Shown here piece by piece: positions 22,441-32,146 of a stretch of DNA of 64,000 nucleotides. Below the pieces are notes generated by a model. It saw only the letters and a program-made list of their open reading frames with translations, did not search any database and had not been told where the DNA came from. The number at the start of each line of letters is the position of its first letter. Positions within the stretch are counted from its first letter, which is position 1. The stretch spans positions 5,816 through 69,815 of the forward strand of contig CAWDXT010000022.1 of NCBI GenBank assembly GCA_963806265.1. The letters are read 5' to 3'. Made by a program: the position numbers and the translations under genes. Source of the stretch: an uncultured Chloroflexia bacterium. Lineage in GTDB: Bacteria > Chloroflexota > Limnocylindria > Limnocylindrales > CSP1-4.

Positions 22441-22626
22441 CGGGGCGCTGAGCACTCATCTGGACTGTCTACCCGCCGAGAGGCGCCGTGTACAGGAGCG
22501 AGACGATCGCGACCACCACGATTGCTGCGGCCAGCACGACCATGGCGAACGTAAACAGCCGCAATCCGCGACGAGGGCGACCGGGGGACCCCCAACCTGA
22601 ACCCATCGTCCGCAGTATGCCCTTCC

Positions 22627-22672
22627 GCACCGCGCCTGACCTCGAGGCAGGGCCAGCGGGCGACAGGGGCGC
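22627..22672. repeat. Copy 1 of a ~46-bp direct repeat (cgcaccgcgcctgacc-5nt-gcagggccagcgggcgacNggggcgct)
   Basis: It matches 23518-23565 at about 41/46 positions. The pair brackets the 22692..23396 gene. Confidence 0.7.
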
Positions 22673-22691
22673 TCTCAGTCGGGCCTCGGAC

Positions 22692-23396
22692 TCAATGGAC
22701 CGCGGTTGGTGCGTCGCTTGTCGGGACATCGCCGACGTGAAGACGCCAGCGGCCGACGACGGACTCCCCGTCGAGCGCGATCAGGTGCGCGTTCAGCAGG
22801 TAGTTGCCGGCCGAGAGCGGGGTTACCTGCCACCGGTTCTGCATGCCGTGCGCGGGGTTGCGGTCCGGGTTCACCAGCGCTTCCTTGAACACGGGCGCGT
22901 TCATGCCTTCGGCGATGACTTCGACGTCCCAGGCGGCGGCGCAATCCTCGGCACCGAGGATCAGCAGCAGCTCGGCGCCGTTCGGCACCGGGACGTCGGG
23001 CGGCGCCACGTTCGACGCCGGTGACCCTGCGTACGTCGGGCCTCCGCCGACGATCAGCGTGACGCCCAGGGTCGGCGGGGGGGTTCGCGTGTTGCACGGC
23101 ACGGCGGGCACCACCAGGATCGGGCCGGCCGACGGCATGGTTGCCCGGGCGACCTCGGTCGGCGAGGCTGTGGGCGAAGCCGCGGCGATCGAGTCTCTCA
23201 CCGCGGCAGTTCGCGACGGTCCGCTCGTCACGCTGGCTCCGGCGAGCCAGAGCGCGATCGCCATCACGCCGATGATGGCCACGGCCACCGTGGCACCCTG
23301 AACGAGCCGGTGCCGCGTCGCCCGAGGCGTCAGGACGGGACCCACCTCGACATCTTGCGGCGGGTCGCTATGCGGTTTCCGTGATCCAGCGTCCAT
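22692..23396 (-). CDS. Hypothetical membrane-anchored exported protein
   Basis: Intact 234-aa ORF with an N-terminal signal-anchor (ATVAVAIIGVMAIALWLAGASV) and an Ala/Pro/Thr-rich linker. Its extracytoplasmic domain has no recognisable family. It sits between the two repeat copies. Confidence 0.55.
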   Translation of the reverse strand: MDAGSRKPHSDPPQDVEVGPVLTPRATRHRLVQGATVAVAIIGVMAIALWLAGASVTSGPSRTAAVRDSIAAASPTASPTEVARATMPSAGPILVVPAVPCNTRTPPPTLGVTLIVGGGPTYAGSPASNVAPPDVPVPNGAELLLILGAEDCAAAWDVEVIAEGMNAPVFKEALVNPDRNPAHGMQNRWQVTPLSAGNYLLNAHLIALDGESVVGRWRLHVGDVPTSDAPTAVH

Positions 23397-23517
23397 CGCT
23401 CGCCCGTCGTGGCCGGCACCGCATATGCCGACGCCGTTTTGGAGGGTGAAGGCTACCCGAGGCTCGATCCTCGTGCCCGAGGTGCCCCCAGCGGGCAGAT
23501 CTTCCTACGCTCGTGTT

Positions 23518-23565
23518 CGCACCGCGCCTGACCGATCGGCAGGGCCAGCGGGCGACCGGGGCGCT
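23518..23565. repeat. Copy 2 of the ~46-bp direct repeat
   Basis: See 22627-22672. Confidence 0.7.
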
Positions 23566-23578
23566 ACCGTTGTCTCCG

Positions 23579-23760
23579 ATGCCCCGGAAGGACGGCAAAG
23601 CCACCGTCGACGAACGCGACACGTTCGTGACGGCACACCACGAGGCCGCGCACTGCGTCATCGGCCACGTGCTGGGGTTCCGCATGGCGGCCGTGTGGGT
23701 GACCGGCGAGCGCGAGAAGATGGGGCGCGTGACCGCCAAACTGAACCCGACCGATCGTGG
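23579..23760 (+). pseudogene. Fragment resembling the FtsH/peptidase-M41 zinc-protease core (HEXXH)
   Basis: ERDTFVTAHHEAAHCVIGHVLGFRMAAVWVTGEREKMGRVTAKLNPTD matches the FtsH pattern AYHEAGHALVG..[D]PV.KVTIIPRG.ALG.T...PEED. It is only about 60 aa and has no ATPase domain. It abuts the truncated MDR N-terminal remnant on the other strand. Confidence 0.35.
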
Positions 23761-24135
23761 TACAGACGCACCAGTCGCCGCCCTGGCAGGCCAGGACGCC
23801 CGAGTGCGGCAGCGTGGCGGCCAGCTCCAGCTCCAACGAGTCCGGCACGCGGGCAAAGGCGCGCTCCGGGGCGCAGGCGTACTCAGCGAAGGCCCCGTGC
23901 CCGAACGGGTACAGGTCCCCGAAAACCCGGTCGCCCACCTCGAACGCCGCCACCCCGGGGCCAACGGCCTCCACGACGCCTGCCGCGTCGACGCCCAGAG
24001 ATCCGCCCTGTTGACCGACGCTGCCTGGATGCGTACGAGCACCTGCCCGCGACCTGGCGTCGGACGTTCCTGGCGCTCGATCATCGCGACCTCGAGTCCA
24101 CCGTACCGGTCACGAGCGGCAGCGAGCACGATCAC
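23761..24135 (-). pseudogene. N-terminal remnant of an MDR (quinone oxidoreductase-like) gene; truncated after the substrate-binding domain
   Basis: MIVLAAARDRYGGLEVAMIERQERPTPGRGQVLVRIQAASVNRADLWA, then (after a frameshift) VEAVGPGVAAFEVGDRVFGDLYPFGHGAFAEYACAPERAFARVPDSLELELAATLPHSGVLA. No Rossmann domain follows in any frame across 23400-23760. Confidence 0.55.
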
Positions 24136-24307
24136 CTCCCATCGGGCAACCCGCGGGCGCCCGATCCCGATGGTAGCCGGCGGTCAACTCGAGCCGCGCC
24201 ACTCTGGTCACAGTTGGGCGCCGGATGGCGGCCGCCCCGGCGCCCTGCGCTCGCCCTCGCCCACCTGCCCTACCCTTGTCGGTGCGTTCCGAGAAAGGAA
24301 GAGGCCC

Positions 24308-25027
24308 GTGGGATCACTGCAGGATCGAGTCGTCGTCATCACCGGTGCCAGCGCCGGGATCGGGCGAGCAACCGCGCACGAGCTCATCGGGGCTGGGGCC
24401 CGGGTGGTGCTGGGCGCCCGACGCAAGGAACGGCTGGACGAGATCGAGGCCGAGAATCCCGACCGCGCGGTCGCGGTCGAGATGGATGTCCGCAGGCCCG
24501 GCGACAGCGAGCGCCTGATGGCAACCGCCCTCGAGCGGTTCGGCCGTCTCGACTCGCTGGTCGCCAACGCCGGCATCGGCATGTATGGCGGGATCCTCGA
24601 CCACACGGATGACGCGCTGACCACGATGCTCGACACCAACGTTGCCGGCACCGTCTGGCCGGTCCGCGCCGCCGTTCCGCACATGGTCGAGACCGGAGCG
24701 GGCGACATCGTGATCGTCGCCTCGGTTGCCGGGTTCCGCGGGGGCCCCGATGAGGCAGTCTATGCCGCAACCAAGTTCGCCCAGGTGGGGCTCGCAGGCG
24801 CCCTGGACCGAGAGCTGCGCGAGAAGGGCATTCGGGTCACCACGATCGGCCCGGCAGGAACCACGACCGAGTTTGCGATGGGCGCCGGGCGCTACGAGGG
24901 CATGCCCGAGCTCGAGACCTATCTACGGCCCGAGGACATCGCGTTCGCGATCCGGACGGTGCTCGAGCAGCCGCGCCGCCTGCGCACCCAGTACTGGACC
25001 CTGTGGAGCATGGCCCAGGGCTCCTGA
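24308..25027 (+). CDS. Short-chain dehydrogenase/reductase (SDR)
   Basis: A GTG start follows GAAAGGAAGAGG. VVVITGASAGIGRATAHEL is the TGxxxGxG motif. ...ASVAGFRGGPDEAVYAATKFAQVGL carries the YxxxK motif. Intact. Confidence 0.85.
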   Translation: MGSLQDRVVVITGASAGIGRATAHELIGAGARVVLGARRKERLDEIEAENPDRAVAVEMDVRRPGDSERLMATALERFGRLDSLVANAGIGMYGGILDHTDDALTTMLDTNVAGTVWPVRAAVPHMVETGAGDIVIVASVAGFRGGPDEAVYAATKFAQVGLAGALDRELREKGIRVTTIGPAGTTTEFAMGAGRYEGMPELETYLRPEDIAFAIRTVLEQPRRLRTQYWTLWSMAQGS

Positions 25028-25051
25028 CCGGGGGATGACCGGGCCTCCTCG

Positions 25052-25074
25052 CCCAGGTCCGCGGGCACGACGCC
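25052..25074. terminator. Hairpin ccgcgggcacgacgcccgcgg between the convergent SDR and prolyl oligopeptidase genes
   Basis: 8-bp GC stem with a 5-nt loop, centred in the 56-bp convergent gap. Confidence 0.35.
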
Positions 25075-25083
25075 CGCGGGACG

Positions 25084-27138
25084 CTAGAGCGAGCGATCCA
25101 GCGCAGCCTCGAGAAACGCGATGACATCGCTGCGCTCGTCGATGAGCTTGCTCACCGGCTTGCCTGACCCGTGGCCGGCATCGGTGTCGATCCGTATCAG
25201 GACGGGTGCGCCGCCGCGCTGTGCCGCCTGGAGCGCGGCTGCGAACTTGAACGAGTGCGCGGGCACGACGCGGTCATCGTGGTCGGCCGTTGTCACCAGG
25301 GTGGCCGGGTAGCGCTTGGGTCCGCAGTTGTGCAGCGGCGAATAGGCCAGCAGCGTCCGGAACTGCTCCGGATCATCGGCCGAGCCGTAGTCGCTCGTCC
25401 AGCCCCAGCCGATCGTGAACCGGTGAAACCGGAGCATGTCCATCACGCCCACCTCGGGCAGGGCCGCGCCATAGAGCTCCGGGTGCTGGGTCAGGCACGC
25501 GCCGACCAGCAGGCCGCCGTTCGAGCGGCCGCTGATCGCGATTCGGTCCGCGCGGGTCCAGGCCGACGCGGCCAGCCATCGCGCGCACGCGGCGAAGTCG
25601 TCGAACACGTGCTGCTTGTTCGCGAGCCGCCCCGCGTCGTGCCAATCCTTGCCGTACTCGGAGCCACCACGAAGCGAGGCCACGGCGAGCAGGCCACCCC
25701 GTTCCATCCAGGCCAGCCACTCGGGCTTGAACGTGGGCCCGATCGAGATCTGGAACCCACCGTAGCCGTACAGCATGGTGCGCACGTCGCCGGTCGGCCT
25801 CACGTCGTGTCGATGGGTCAGGAACAGCGGTACACGGGTGCCGTCGTCGGAGGGGACGAACACCTGCTCGGTCACGTACTCATCGGGCTTCCACGCGAGC
25901 GAAGGCTGCCGGACCGCCTGCACGCCGCCGTCAGCCATGGAAACCCGCAGGACCGCGCCGGGTGACGTGAACGTGACGAAGGTGAGGAACAGGTCCGCGT
26001 CCTCGCGACGACCCGCGAGACTCGTGATGGTGCCGATACCCGGCAGCCGGACGTTCGCGACGTGGCGGCCGTCGAGCTCGAAGATGGTCAGCCGATGGTG
26101 AGCGTCGTGGAGGGTGACCACGGCGAGCCGGTTTCCCACGAGCTGAACGTGCTCGATGGCATCCGTACTCTCCGGGACGACCTCGCGGAGCCTTCCCGGG
26201 TCAGCCACATCGACGGCCACCACCCGGCTCAGCGGCGCCTCTCGGTTGGTCACCAGGTACAGGGTGCCGTCGATTGCACCGATCAGGCGGTAGCCGGCAT
26301 CCGCATCGTCGAGCAGCGGCCGGACCTCGGCGACATCAACGCCACCGGTCAGGTCGGCGGCGTAGATCCGCTGCTCCGGGTCGGTGCCCCGTTCGATCGT
26401 GACCACCAGCAGACGGCCGTCGTCGACCACCTCGGGCTGGAAGATCCACTCCGGCTCGTGCGGGGCCGAGAACACGAGCCGGTCCTCGTCCTGCACGGTT
26501 CCCATCCGGTGGTAGCGAAGCTCCATGTCCCGATTGGGCGCCTCATAGGCGGCACCCACCGGCGGCTCCGGGAAGCGGCCGTAGAAGAAGCCCGCATCGT
26601 CAGCGGTCCAGGCAGCCGAGGCGAACTTCGCCCACGTGATCCGGTCCTCCAGCCATTCCCCGCTCCCCGTCTGAAGCACGCGCCACGTCTGCCAGTCGGA
26701 GCCGGCGTCGCTGAGCGCACACGCGACGAGCTCTCCACTGTCGGCCACATCAACCGATGCCAACGTCGTCGTGCCGGCCGCGTTGAGCTCGTTCGGGTCC
26801 AGGAGCACGCGGCCCTCGGCGTCCGGTGCGTCGGCCACCCACAGGACGTCCTGGTTCTGGAGTCCGGTGTTCCGTAGCTGGAACCATCGATCGCCGCGGC
26901 GCCAGGGCACACCGGCGCGGGGGTGATCCCACAGCTCGGCCAGGCGTCCGCGGGTCTCGGTCCGCGCCGTGATCCGGCCGATGACTTCAGCTGTCAGGTG
27001 ATTCTCGGCATCGATCCAGGCCCGCGTCTCAGGGGCATCGACATCCTCGAGGGGGCGATAGGGATCCGCGACGAGCGTGCCATGGAAGTCGTCGACCTGG
27101 TCCGAGGTCGGGGCTTTGGGATAGGTCAGCTTCGGCAT
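25084..27138 (-). CDS. Prolyl oligopeptidase (S9A) family serine peptidase
   Basis: Intact 685-aa ORF from MPKLTYPKAPTSDQVDDFHGTLVADPYRPLED. It has a beta-propeller region and a C-terminal catalytic domain with GRSNGGLLVGA (GxSxGG nucleophile elbow) ...DHDDRV. Confidence 0.9.
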   Translation of the reverse strand: MPKLTYPKAPTSDQVDDFHGTLVADPYRPLEDVDAPETRAWIDAENHLTAEVIGRITARTETRGRLAELWDHPRAGVPWRRGDRWFQLRNTGLQNQDVLWVADAPDAEGRVLLDPNELNAAGTTTLASVDVADSGELVACALSDAGSDWQTWRVLQTGSGEWLEDRITWAKFASAAWTADDAGFFYGRFPEPPVGAAYEAPNRDMELRYHRMGTVQDEDRLVFSAPHEPEWIFQPEVVDDGRLLVVTIERGTDPEQRIYAADLTGGVDVAEVRPLLDDADAGYRLIGAIDGTLYLVTNREAPLSRVVAVDVADPGRLREVVPESTDAIEHVQLVGNRLAVVTLHDAHHRLTIFELDGRHVANVRLPGIGTITSLAGRREDADLFLTFVTFTSPGAVLRVSMADGGVQAVRQPSLAWKPDEYVTEQVFVPSDDGTRVPLFLTHRHDVRPTGDVRTMLYGYGGFQISIGPTFKPEWLAWMERGGLLAVASLRGGSEYGKDWHDAGRLANKQHVFDDFAACARWLAASAWTRADRIAISGRSNGGLLVGACLTQHPELYGAALPEVGVMDMLRFHRFTIGWGWTSDYGSADDPEQFRTLLAYSPLHNCGPKRYPATLVTTADHDDRVVPAHSFKFAAALQAAQRGGAPVLIRIDTDAGHGSGKPVSKLIDERSDVIAFLEAALDRSL

Positions 27139-27247
27139 GTCTGCATCGTAGGGTGAGTTGTGACGCTTGGCGAAGAATGAGGCCCGCTCAAGGCCGCCGG
27201 CCGGGCCCGTAACAATTCCGGGACGCCCGAGCCGCCATGATGACCGC

Positions 27248-28492
27248 ATGGGAGATGACACGCGGCCGACCCACCACGTACCGTCGGCGGCCGTCGTCGA
27301 GCGCCGGGAACCGGGCCACCACGTTCGCGCGCCGACCCTCCTGTGGCTGCTCACGGCCGTCGGCATGGTGGGGGTGTTCCTCCTCTGGCTGCCGTACGCG
27401 AGCTTCGGAGGAGCCGAGCTGTCGCTGATGCTCCTGCCACCCGTGCTCCTCGTCTACACGTCGCTCGGCTGGCTCATCCTCCGCCACCGCCCAGGCCACC
27501 TCGTCGGCTGGCTGATGATGCTGGGCGGCCCGCTGGGAATCGTGTTCGCCGGCGGGATCGGGCTCGCCGCGCCACTTGCCGAAGCCAACGGCCGTGACGA
27601 TGCCCTGGCCGGAGCCTTGCTCACGCTGGGCATCGCCTCGCTCGTCCCGATGTTCGTCATCGTGATCGGCATGATCCCCGTGCTGTACCCGGATGGGCGC
27701 CTGCCGGGGCCCGGATGGCGTTGGCCGGTCGGCGCCACGCTGCTGGCCACCATCACCACCACCGTGCTGTTCCTGCTCGCGCCCCAGGCTGATCAGGCGA
27801 CGGTGGCCAGGAACCCGTTCTCACCACCGGGCATGCCCGACGCCCTGACCAGCGTGGCCGGCGTGCTTGGGCTCACGACCGCACTGATGGTCGGCGCCCT
27901 CGCCGTGGCTTCCGTGGTCGTCCGGTTTCGACGCGGGCGTGGCGCCGAGCGCCAGCAGCTCAAGTGGATGCTCGCACCGGTGGCGCTGGTGGTCGGGCTC
28001 AACCTGCCGACGTTCCTGGGCGCCGAGATCGACGGCCTGCTCTCCGTCGTCCAGGTCATGGTCATGCTGCTCATCCCAGTGGCGATCACCATGGCAATCC
28101 TCCGCTACCGGCTGTACGACATCGACCGCCTGATCAGCCGCACGATTGCGTACACCGTGGTTGTGGCACTCCTGGTGGCCCTGTTCGCCCTCGGCAACCT
28201 CGTGCTGCAGGCCGCACTGGAGGGCTTCACGCAGGGCGACACCCTTGCGGTGGCTGCCTCGACGCTGCTCGCGTTCGCGACCGCCCAGCCTGTCTGGCGC
28301 CGAGTGCGGCGGCTGGTGGACCAACGCTTTGACAGGGCCAGGATCGACGCCGCGCGGACGGCTGCTGCGTTCGGAGATCGCCAGCGCGACAGGGTCGACC
28401 TCGAGGCGGTGGTCGACGACGTGCGCGAGACGGCGGCGCGGTCGTTGCGGCCGGCGTCGATCGGCGTCTGGCTCCGGGGCGACGGCCACTAG
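27248..28492 (+). CDS. Polytopic membrane protein with a sensor-kinase-like N-terminal module but no kinase domain
   Basis: About 8 predicted TM helices, then ILRYRLYDIDRLISRTIAYTVV, a motif typical of membrane sensor N-terminal domains. The C-terminal coiled segment ends ...WLRGDGH* with no HisKA/HATPase region. The start was chosen at M28 of ORF 27167 to leave a divergent promoter gap. Confidence 0.55.
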   Translation: MGDDTRPTHHVPSAAVVERREPGHHVRAPTLLWLLTAVGMVGVFLLWLPYASFGGAELSLMLLPPVLLVYTSLGWLILRHRPGHLVGWLMMLGGPLGIVFAGGIGLAAPLAEANGRDDALAGALLTLGIASLVPMFVIVIGMIPVLYPDGRLPGPGWRWPVGATLLATITTTVLFLLAPQADQATVARNPFSPPGMPDALTSVAGVLGLTTALMVGALAVASVVVRFRRGRGAERQQLKWMLAPVALVVGLNLPTFLGAEIDGLLSVVQVMVMLLIPVAITMAILRYRLYDIDRLISRTIAYTVVVALLVALFALGNLVLQAALEGFTQGDTLAVAASTLLAFATAQPVWRRVRRLVDQRFDRARIDAARTAAAFGDRQRDRVDLEAVVDDVRETAARSLRPASIGVWLRGDGH

Positions 28493-28498
28493 ACTCCC

Positions 28499-31411
28499 CT
28501 ACCCCGGGCGCGAGCTCTCCCCGTCGCCCGGCTGGATGCGTGCCGCCCAGGCAGCGATCTCGCTCCGGCGGTTGACGCCGAGCTTGGCCAGGATGTGCTC
28601 CACGTGGGCGCTGACGGTGCGCGGCGACACGCCCAGCTCGACCGCGATCTCGCCGTTGGTCTGCCCCTCGGCCACGAGTCGTGCCACCGTGAACTCCCGG
28701 GCGGTCAGCGGGGCCCACGGCTCGCCGAACCCTCGCCGGGACCTCGCGGTACGCAGCAGCTCGACGGCACGCGCCGTGAGCGGACGGCTGCCCAGCGCGT
28801 CGGCCGTCGTCCGCGCGTCGGTCAGCACCTCTGTCGCCTCGCCGCCCCGGCGCGCCCGCAGCAGGGTAGCCGCCAGATCCAGGCGCGCCCACGTCCCCTC
28901 CCAGATCCGGCGCTGGCGATCCCATCCGCGAACCGCCTCCGAGAGCCGGCTCCGTGCTCGTCCCGTGGACCCTCGGGCCAGCGCCAGGAGGCCGTCGGCA
29001 TGATCGAGCACGGGCGAGAGGGCCGGGTAGCCCGCCCGCCGCAGCGGCTCGCCCGCGTCCATGAGCCACCGCTCGGCGCCCGGTATGTCGCGTGCCGCGA
29101 GCAGCGACCGAAGACCGGTCAACAGGAAGGGCGCGAACAGGAACACGTCGCCCACGGCGGCCGAGCTGGTCCGGCCCCGCTCCGCGCGATCGACCGCCTC
29201 CGCGTAGCGGCCCGCCAGGTACGCGTTCTCGGCCAGGCCCCAGGCGGGGAGTGCCGTACGGATCAGATCCCGGGCTCGTTCGCCGAGCGAGAGTGACTCC
29301 TCGAGGAGCTCCTGCGCCCGGTCATGCTGTCCGCGGGAGAAGGCGACGTAGCCGAGCACGTAGAGCCCGGTGATCCGCGTGGTGACGCCACCACGACGAT
29401 CACGAAGTGCCTCGTCGGCGACTCGCTCCGCCTCGTCCCAGCTGCCGAGCGACCAGAGCGCGAGACCGCGATGCGCCAGCATGTAGCAGCGGTGGTTCCA
29501 GAGCTCCGCCCGCTCGGCGATCTCGAGGCCATCTCGCAGCCAGGTATCCCCGGCATCCGCCTCGAACACCTCGGTCAGAGTCGAGCCGAGCACCCGGCAT
29601 GCCCGCGCCATCTGGTCTTCCTCACCGGCTGCCCGTCCGCGATCGAGAACCTCCACGGCGGCGGCAACCGCCTCGTCGGTGCGTCCCGCGAACGGCAGAA
29701 TGGTCGCGAGCGTGCCGAGGCCGTTCAGCTCCGTCGATGGGTCGCCGGCCTGTCGCGCGATCTCGACGGCCCGACGCGCGTGCAGCTCACCCTCGCCAAC
29801 CAGCACCGCGCGTGCGTACGCGGCCCCAAGCTCCGCCTCCAGCCGGCCACGAACTCGATCAGCCGACACCCCGGCAGCGGACCCGAGCACCGTCAGGCCG
29901 TCCTGCAGCACCGGGCGCACGTCGTCGAGCCCGTCGCCGACGAGATGCCGAACCCCCGCCAGGCGAGCGATCGTCGCGGCTGCCGAGATCGGGTCTCCTG
30001 CCTCGAGAAATGCCTCGCGCGCGAGCTCGAGGTTTGCCGCGGCCTCGACCGTCTCGTCCCGCGCAGCCTCCTCGATGGCAAGCTCCTCGAGGATCTGAGC
30101 CCGGTCCGCCGGGTCGATGTCTGCGGGCAGATGGCGGATGGCGCGCCGATAGAGCCCCAGGGCCTCGCGGTGGGAGGAGATCCGCCTCGCCGCCCGGGCT
30201 CCCTGCAGCGCCGCGGCAAATGCCTCCTCCGCCATCCCGGCCAGCTCGAAATGCGCCGATGCGTCGACGCCCGTCGCGTCCCCATGCTCCGCTCCGAGAC
30301 GTCCGGCCAGGCCGTGGAGCCGGCGTCGCTCGGATGCCGGGATCCGGCCGTAGATGGTGTCGCGCAGGAGCTGATGCCGAAAGTCGAACGTCTCGTCCGG
30401 TCCGGCCGGCTCGAGAAACGCGTGATCGAGCAGCTCCCGGAGCGGCGAGCCGAGCTGCTCGCTCGACCGCTCCATCATCTGCGCGACCAGGTCGAGGGGG
30501 AAGCGACGCCCAACGACGGCGCCCGTCGACGCGAGCTCTCGGGCATCCTCGGAGCGCTGCAGAAATCGCTCCAGGATCGTGGCCTCGACGGTATCCGGGA
30601 CGCTCGCCGCCCGTATCTCGTCGGCGCCACCCAGCGGCTGCGAGACGAGCGTGGCGGCGAGCTCCTCGACGTGGAGCGGGATCCCGTCCGCCCGTTCGTG
30701 GACGGCCGTGATCAGGTCCTCCGAGATTCGCTCCTCGCCCAGCAGCAGGTGAAGCATGGTTCGGGTTGCGGAGCGGTCGAGCGGTCCGAGCTGAATCTCC
30801 TCGGCCTGACGATGAACAAGAAGGCGCGCGCGCCACGTGGCCAGCTCGCCGGGGTGCCTGAGCTCGTCGGCACGATAGGTCGCGACGACGACCAAGGGAA
30901 TGTCACCCAGCCTGCGTGCCAATGCGCCGACGATCTCCAGGCTCAGGTCGTCGGCCCACTGGAGATCCTCGAGGCCGAGGAGCTGCGGCGTCGCGGACTC
31001 GGTCAGCAGGTCCACGACGTCCATGACCAGCAGACGGCGGCGGCGCCCGGGCTCGAGCGGCACGTCGACATCCGGATCGGCAAGCTGGGCGAGGAGCGCC
31101 TGGCCGGTTCCCGCGCTCTCCGGACGATTGCGCATTCGCCGGGCGAGATCCAGGAACAGCGCGCCGGGAACGTCGGTGTCCTGGGGAGCCAGGGTGGCCG
31201 TCGTCGTCGCGAAGCCGGTCGTGGCGGCGTGACGCTCCATCGACGCCAGCAACCGGCTCTTCCCGATCCCCGGATCGCCCGCGAGCAGCAGCAGCTGACC
31301 GTGGCCCTGCGCAACCTCCTCGAGCCGCCGGCTCACCAGGCGGAGCGCCTCGTCTCGCCCGACCAGCACCGGACAGACGACGCTGCCGATGCGGGCTCCC
31401 GCCATGACCAA
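28499..31411 (-). CDS. LAL-family (large ATP-binding LuxR) transcriptional regulator
   Basis: Intact 970-aa ORF. The N-terminus has AAA/NB-ARC Walker A (LLLAGDPGIGKSRLL). It has a long TPR-like helical middle. The C-terminus has a LuxR HTH (LTAREFTVARLVAEGQTNGEIAVELGVSPRTVSAHVEHILAKLGV). Confidence 0.85.
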   Translation of the reverse strand: MVMAGARIGSVVCPVLVGRDEALRLVSRRLEEVAQGHGQLLLLAGDPGIGKSRLLASMERHAATTGFATTTATLAPQDTDVPGALFLDLARRMRNRPESAGTGQALLAQLADPDVDVPLEPGRRRRLLVMDVVDLLTESATPQLLGLEDLQWADDLSLEIVGALARRLGDIPLVVVATYRADELRHPGELATWRARLLVHRQAEEIQLGPLDRSATRTMLHLLLGEERISEDLITAVHERADGIPLHVEELAATLVSQPLGGADEIRAASVPDTVEATILERFLQRSEDARELASTGAVVGRRFPLDLVAQMMERSSEQLGSPLRELLDHAFLEPAGPDETFDFRHQLLRDTIYGRIPASERRRLHGLAGRLGAEHGDATGVDASAHFELAGMAEEAFAAALQGARAARRISSHREALGLYRRAIRHLPADIDPADRAQILEELAIEEAARDETVEAAANLELAREAFLEAGDPISAAATIARLAGVRHLVGDGLDDVRPVLQDGLTVLGSAAGVSADRVRGRLEAELGAAYARAVLVGEGELHARRAVEIARQAGDPSTELNGLGTLATILPFAGRTDEAVAAAVEVLDRGRAAGEEDQMARACRVLGSTLTEVFEADAGDTWLRDGLEIAERAELWNHRCYMLAHRGLALWSLGSWDEAERVADEALRDRRGGVTTRITGLYVLGYVAFSRGQHDRAQELLEESLSLGERARDLIRTALPAWGLAENAYLAGRYAEAVDRAERGRTSSAAVGDVFLFAPFLLTGLRSLLAARDIPGAERWLMDAGEPLRRAGYPALSPVLDHADGLLALARGSTGRARSRLSEAVRGWDRQRRIWEGTWARLDLAATLLRARRGGEATEVLTDARTTADALGSRPLTARAVELLRTARSRRGFGEPWAPLTAREFTVARLVAEGQTNGEIAVELGVSPRTVSAHVEHILAKLGVNRRSEIAAWAARIQPGDGESSRPG

Positions 31412-31516
31412 CCGCCTCCGACTACCGCACGCGGCCGTGGGACCGCGCTGCAGCGGATCGTACGCGACCGGCGGCGATGGCGGTTACCAGCGGTCGACGG
31501 TCAGGGGGTTGGCGAG

Positions 31517-32011
31517 TCAGACGAGGCTCGGGCGCCAGGTCGATGCGAGCGCGAGCCAGATCAGGAACACGTCGATCGCCACGCCCGCGAGGAGGCTTGG
31601 AGCGAAGAACAGCGCCAGGACGCCGAGCGAGAGCGCTGACGAGGCCACGACGAGACCCGGCCACCAGGACGCCGGGACGATGATGCCGAGCGTGGCCAGC
31701 CCGCTGAGGCCGAACCCGACCACCACCAGGCCGATCAGCGTGAGGCCCAGCGAGCGCAGGGCGCCACCTTCGACACCCGTGGCGCCGGGCAGCCACGACC
31801 CGCCCAGGTCGAACGGCCACTCGGGTCCGCCGGCGACCGCGGCCTCGGGGGCCGGCGCCAGGTAGAGCAGATGGATCACCCCGTGCGCAACCAGAAACGC
31901 GGCGAACACCCAGCGACCGGCCGCCATGTGCCGGTCGTACAGGAACCAGATGACCGCCCCGGCGACCACGAGCACCACGATCCAGGGCAGGATCCCCATC
32001 AGCGTCTTCAT
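31517..32011 (-). CDS. Hypothetical membrane protein
   Basis: MKTLMGILPWIVVLVVAGAVIWFLYD..., about 4 TM helices. The start was taken at M22 of ORF 31517..32074. Confidence 0.5.
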   Translation of the reverse strand: MKTLMGILPWIVVLVVAGAVIWFLYDRHMAAGRWVFAAFLVAHGVIHLLYLAPAPEAAVAGGPEWPFDLGGSWLPGATGVEGGALRSLGLTLIGLVVVGFGLSGLATLGIIVPASWWPGLVVASSALSLGVLALFFAPSLLAGVAIDVFLIWLALASTWRPSLV

Positions 32012-32146
32012 CTGGCGCCTCCATGGAAACGGACAACACGGCGCCCAGTCTGCCAACGCGTGCTGCGTGCGCACAGGGCCGAGGTGACTGTTGGCACGGG
32101 GGACGGTCGACCCGATCGGCGGTGGCCCGATCGACGGCGACCCGGG

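Noticed and set aside
22469-22729. 86-aa minus-strand ORF ending in a hydrophobic stretch (MVVLAAAIVVVAIVSLLYTAPLGG)
   Set aside because: It overlaps the 46-bp repeat copy 1, has an R-rich N-terminus and no RBS. It is probably non-coding spacer between the MDR remnant and the membrane-protein gene.
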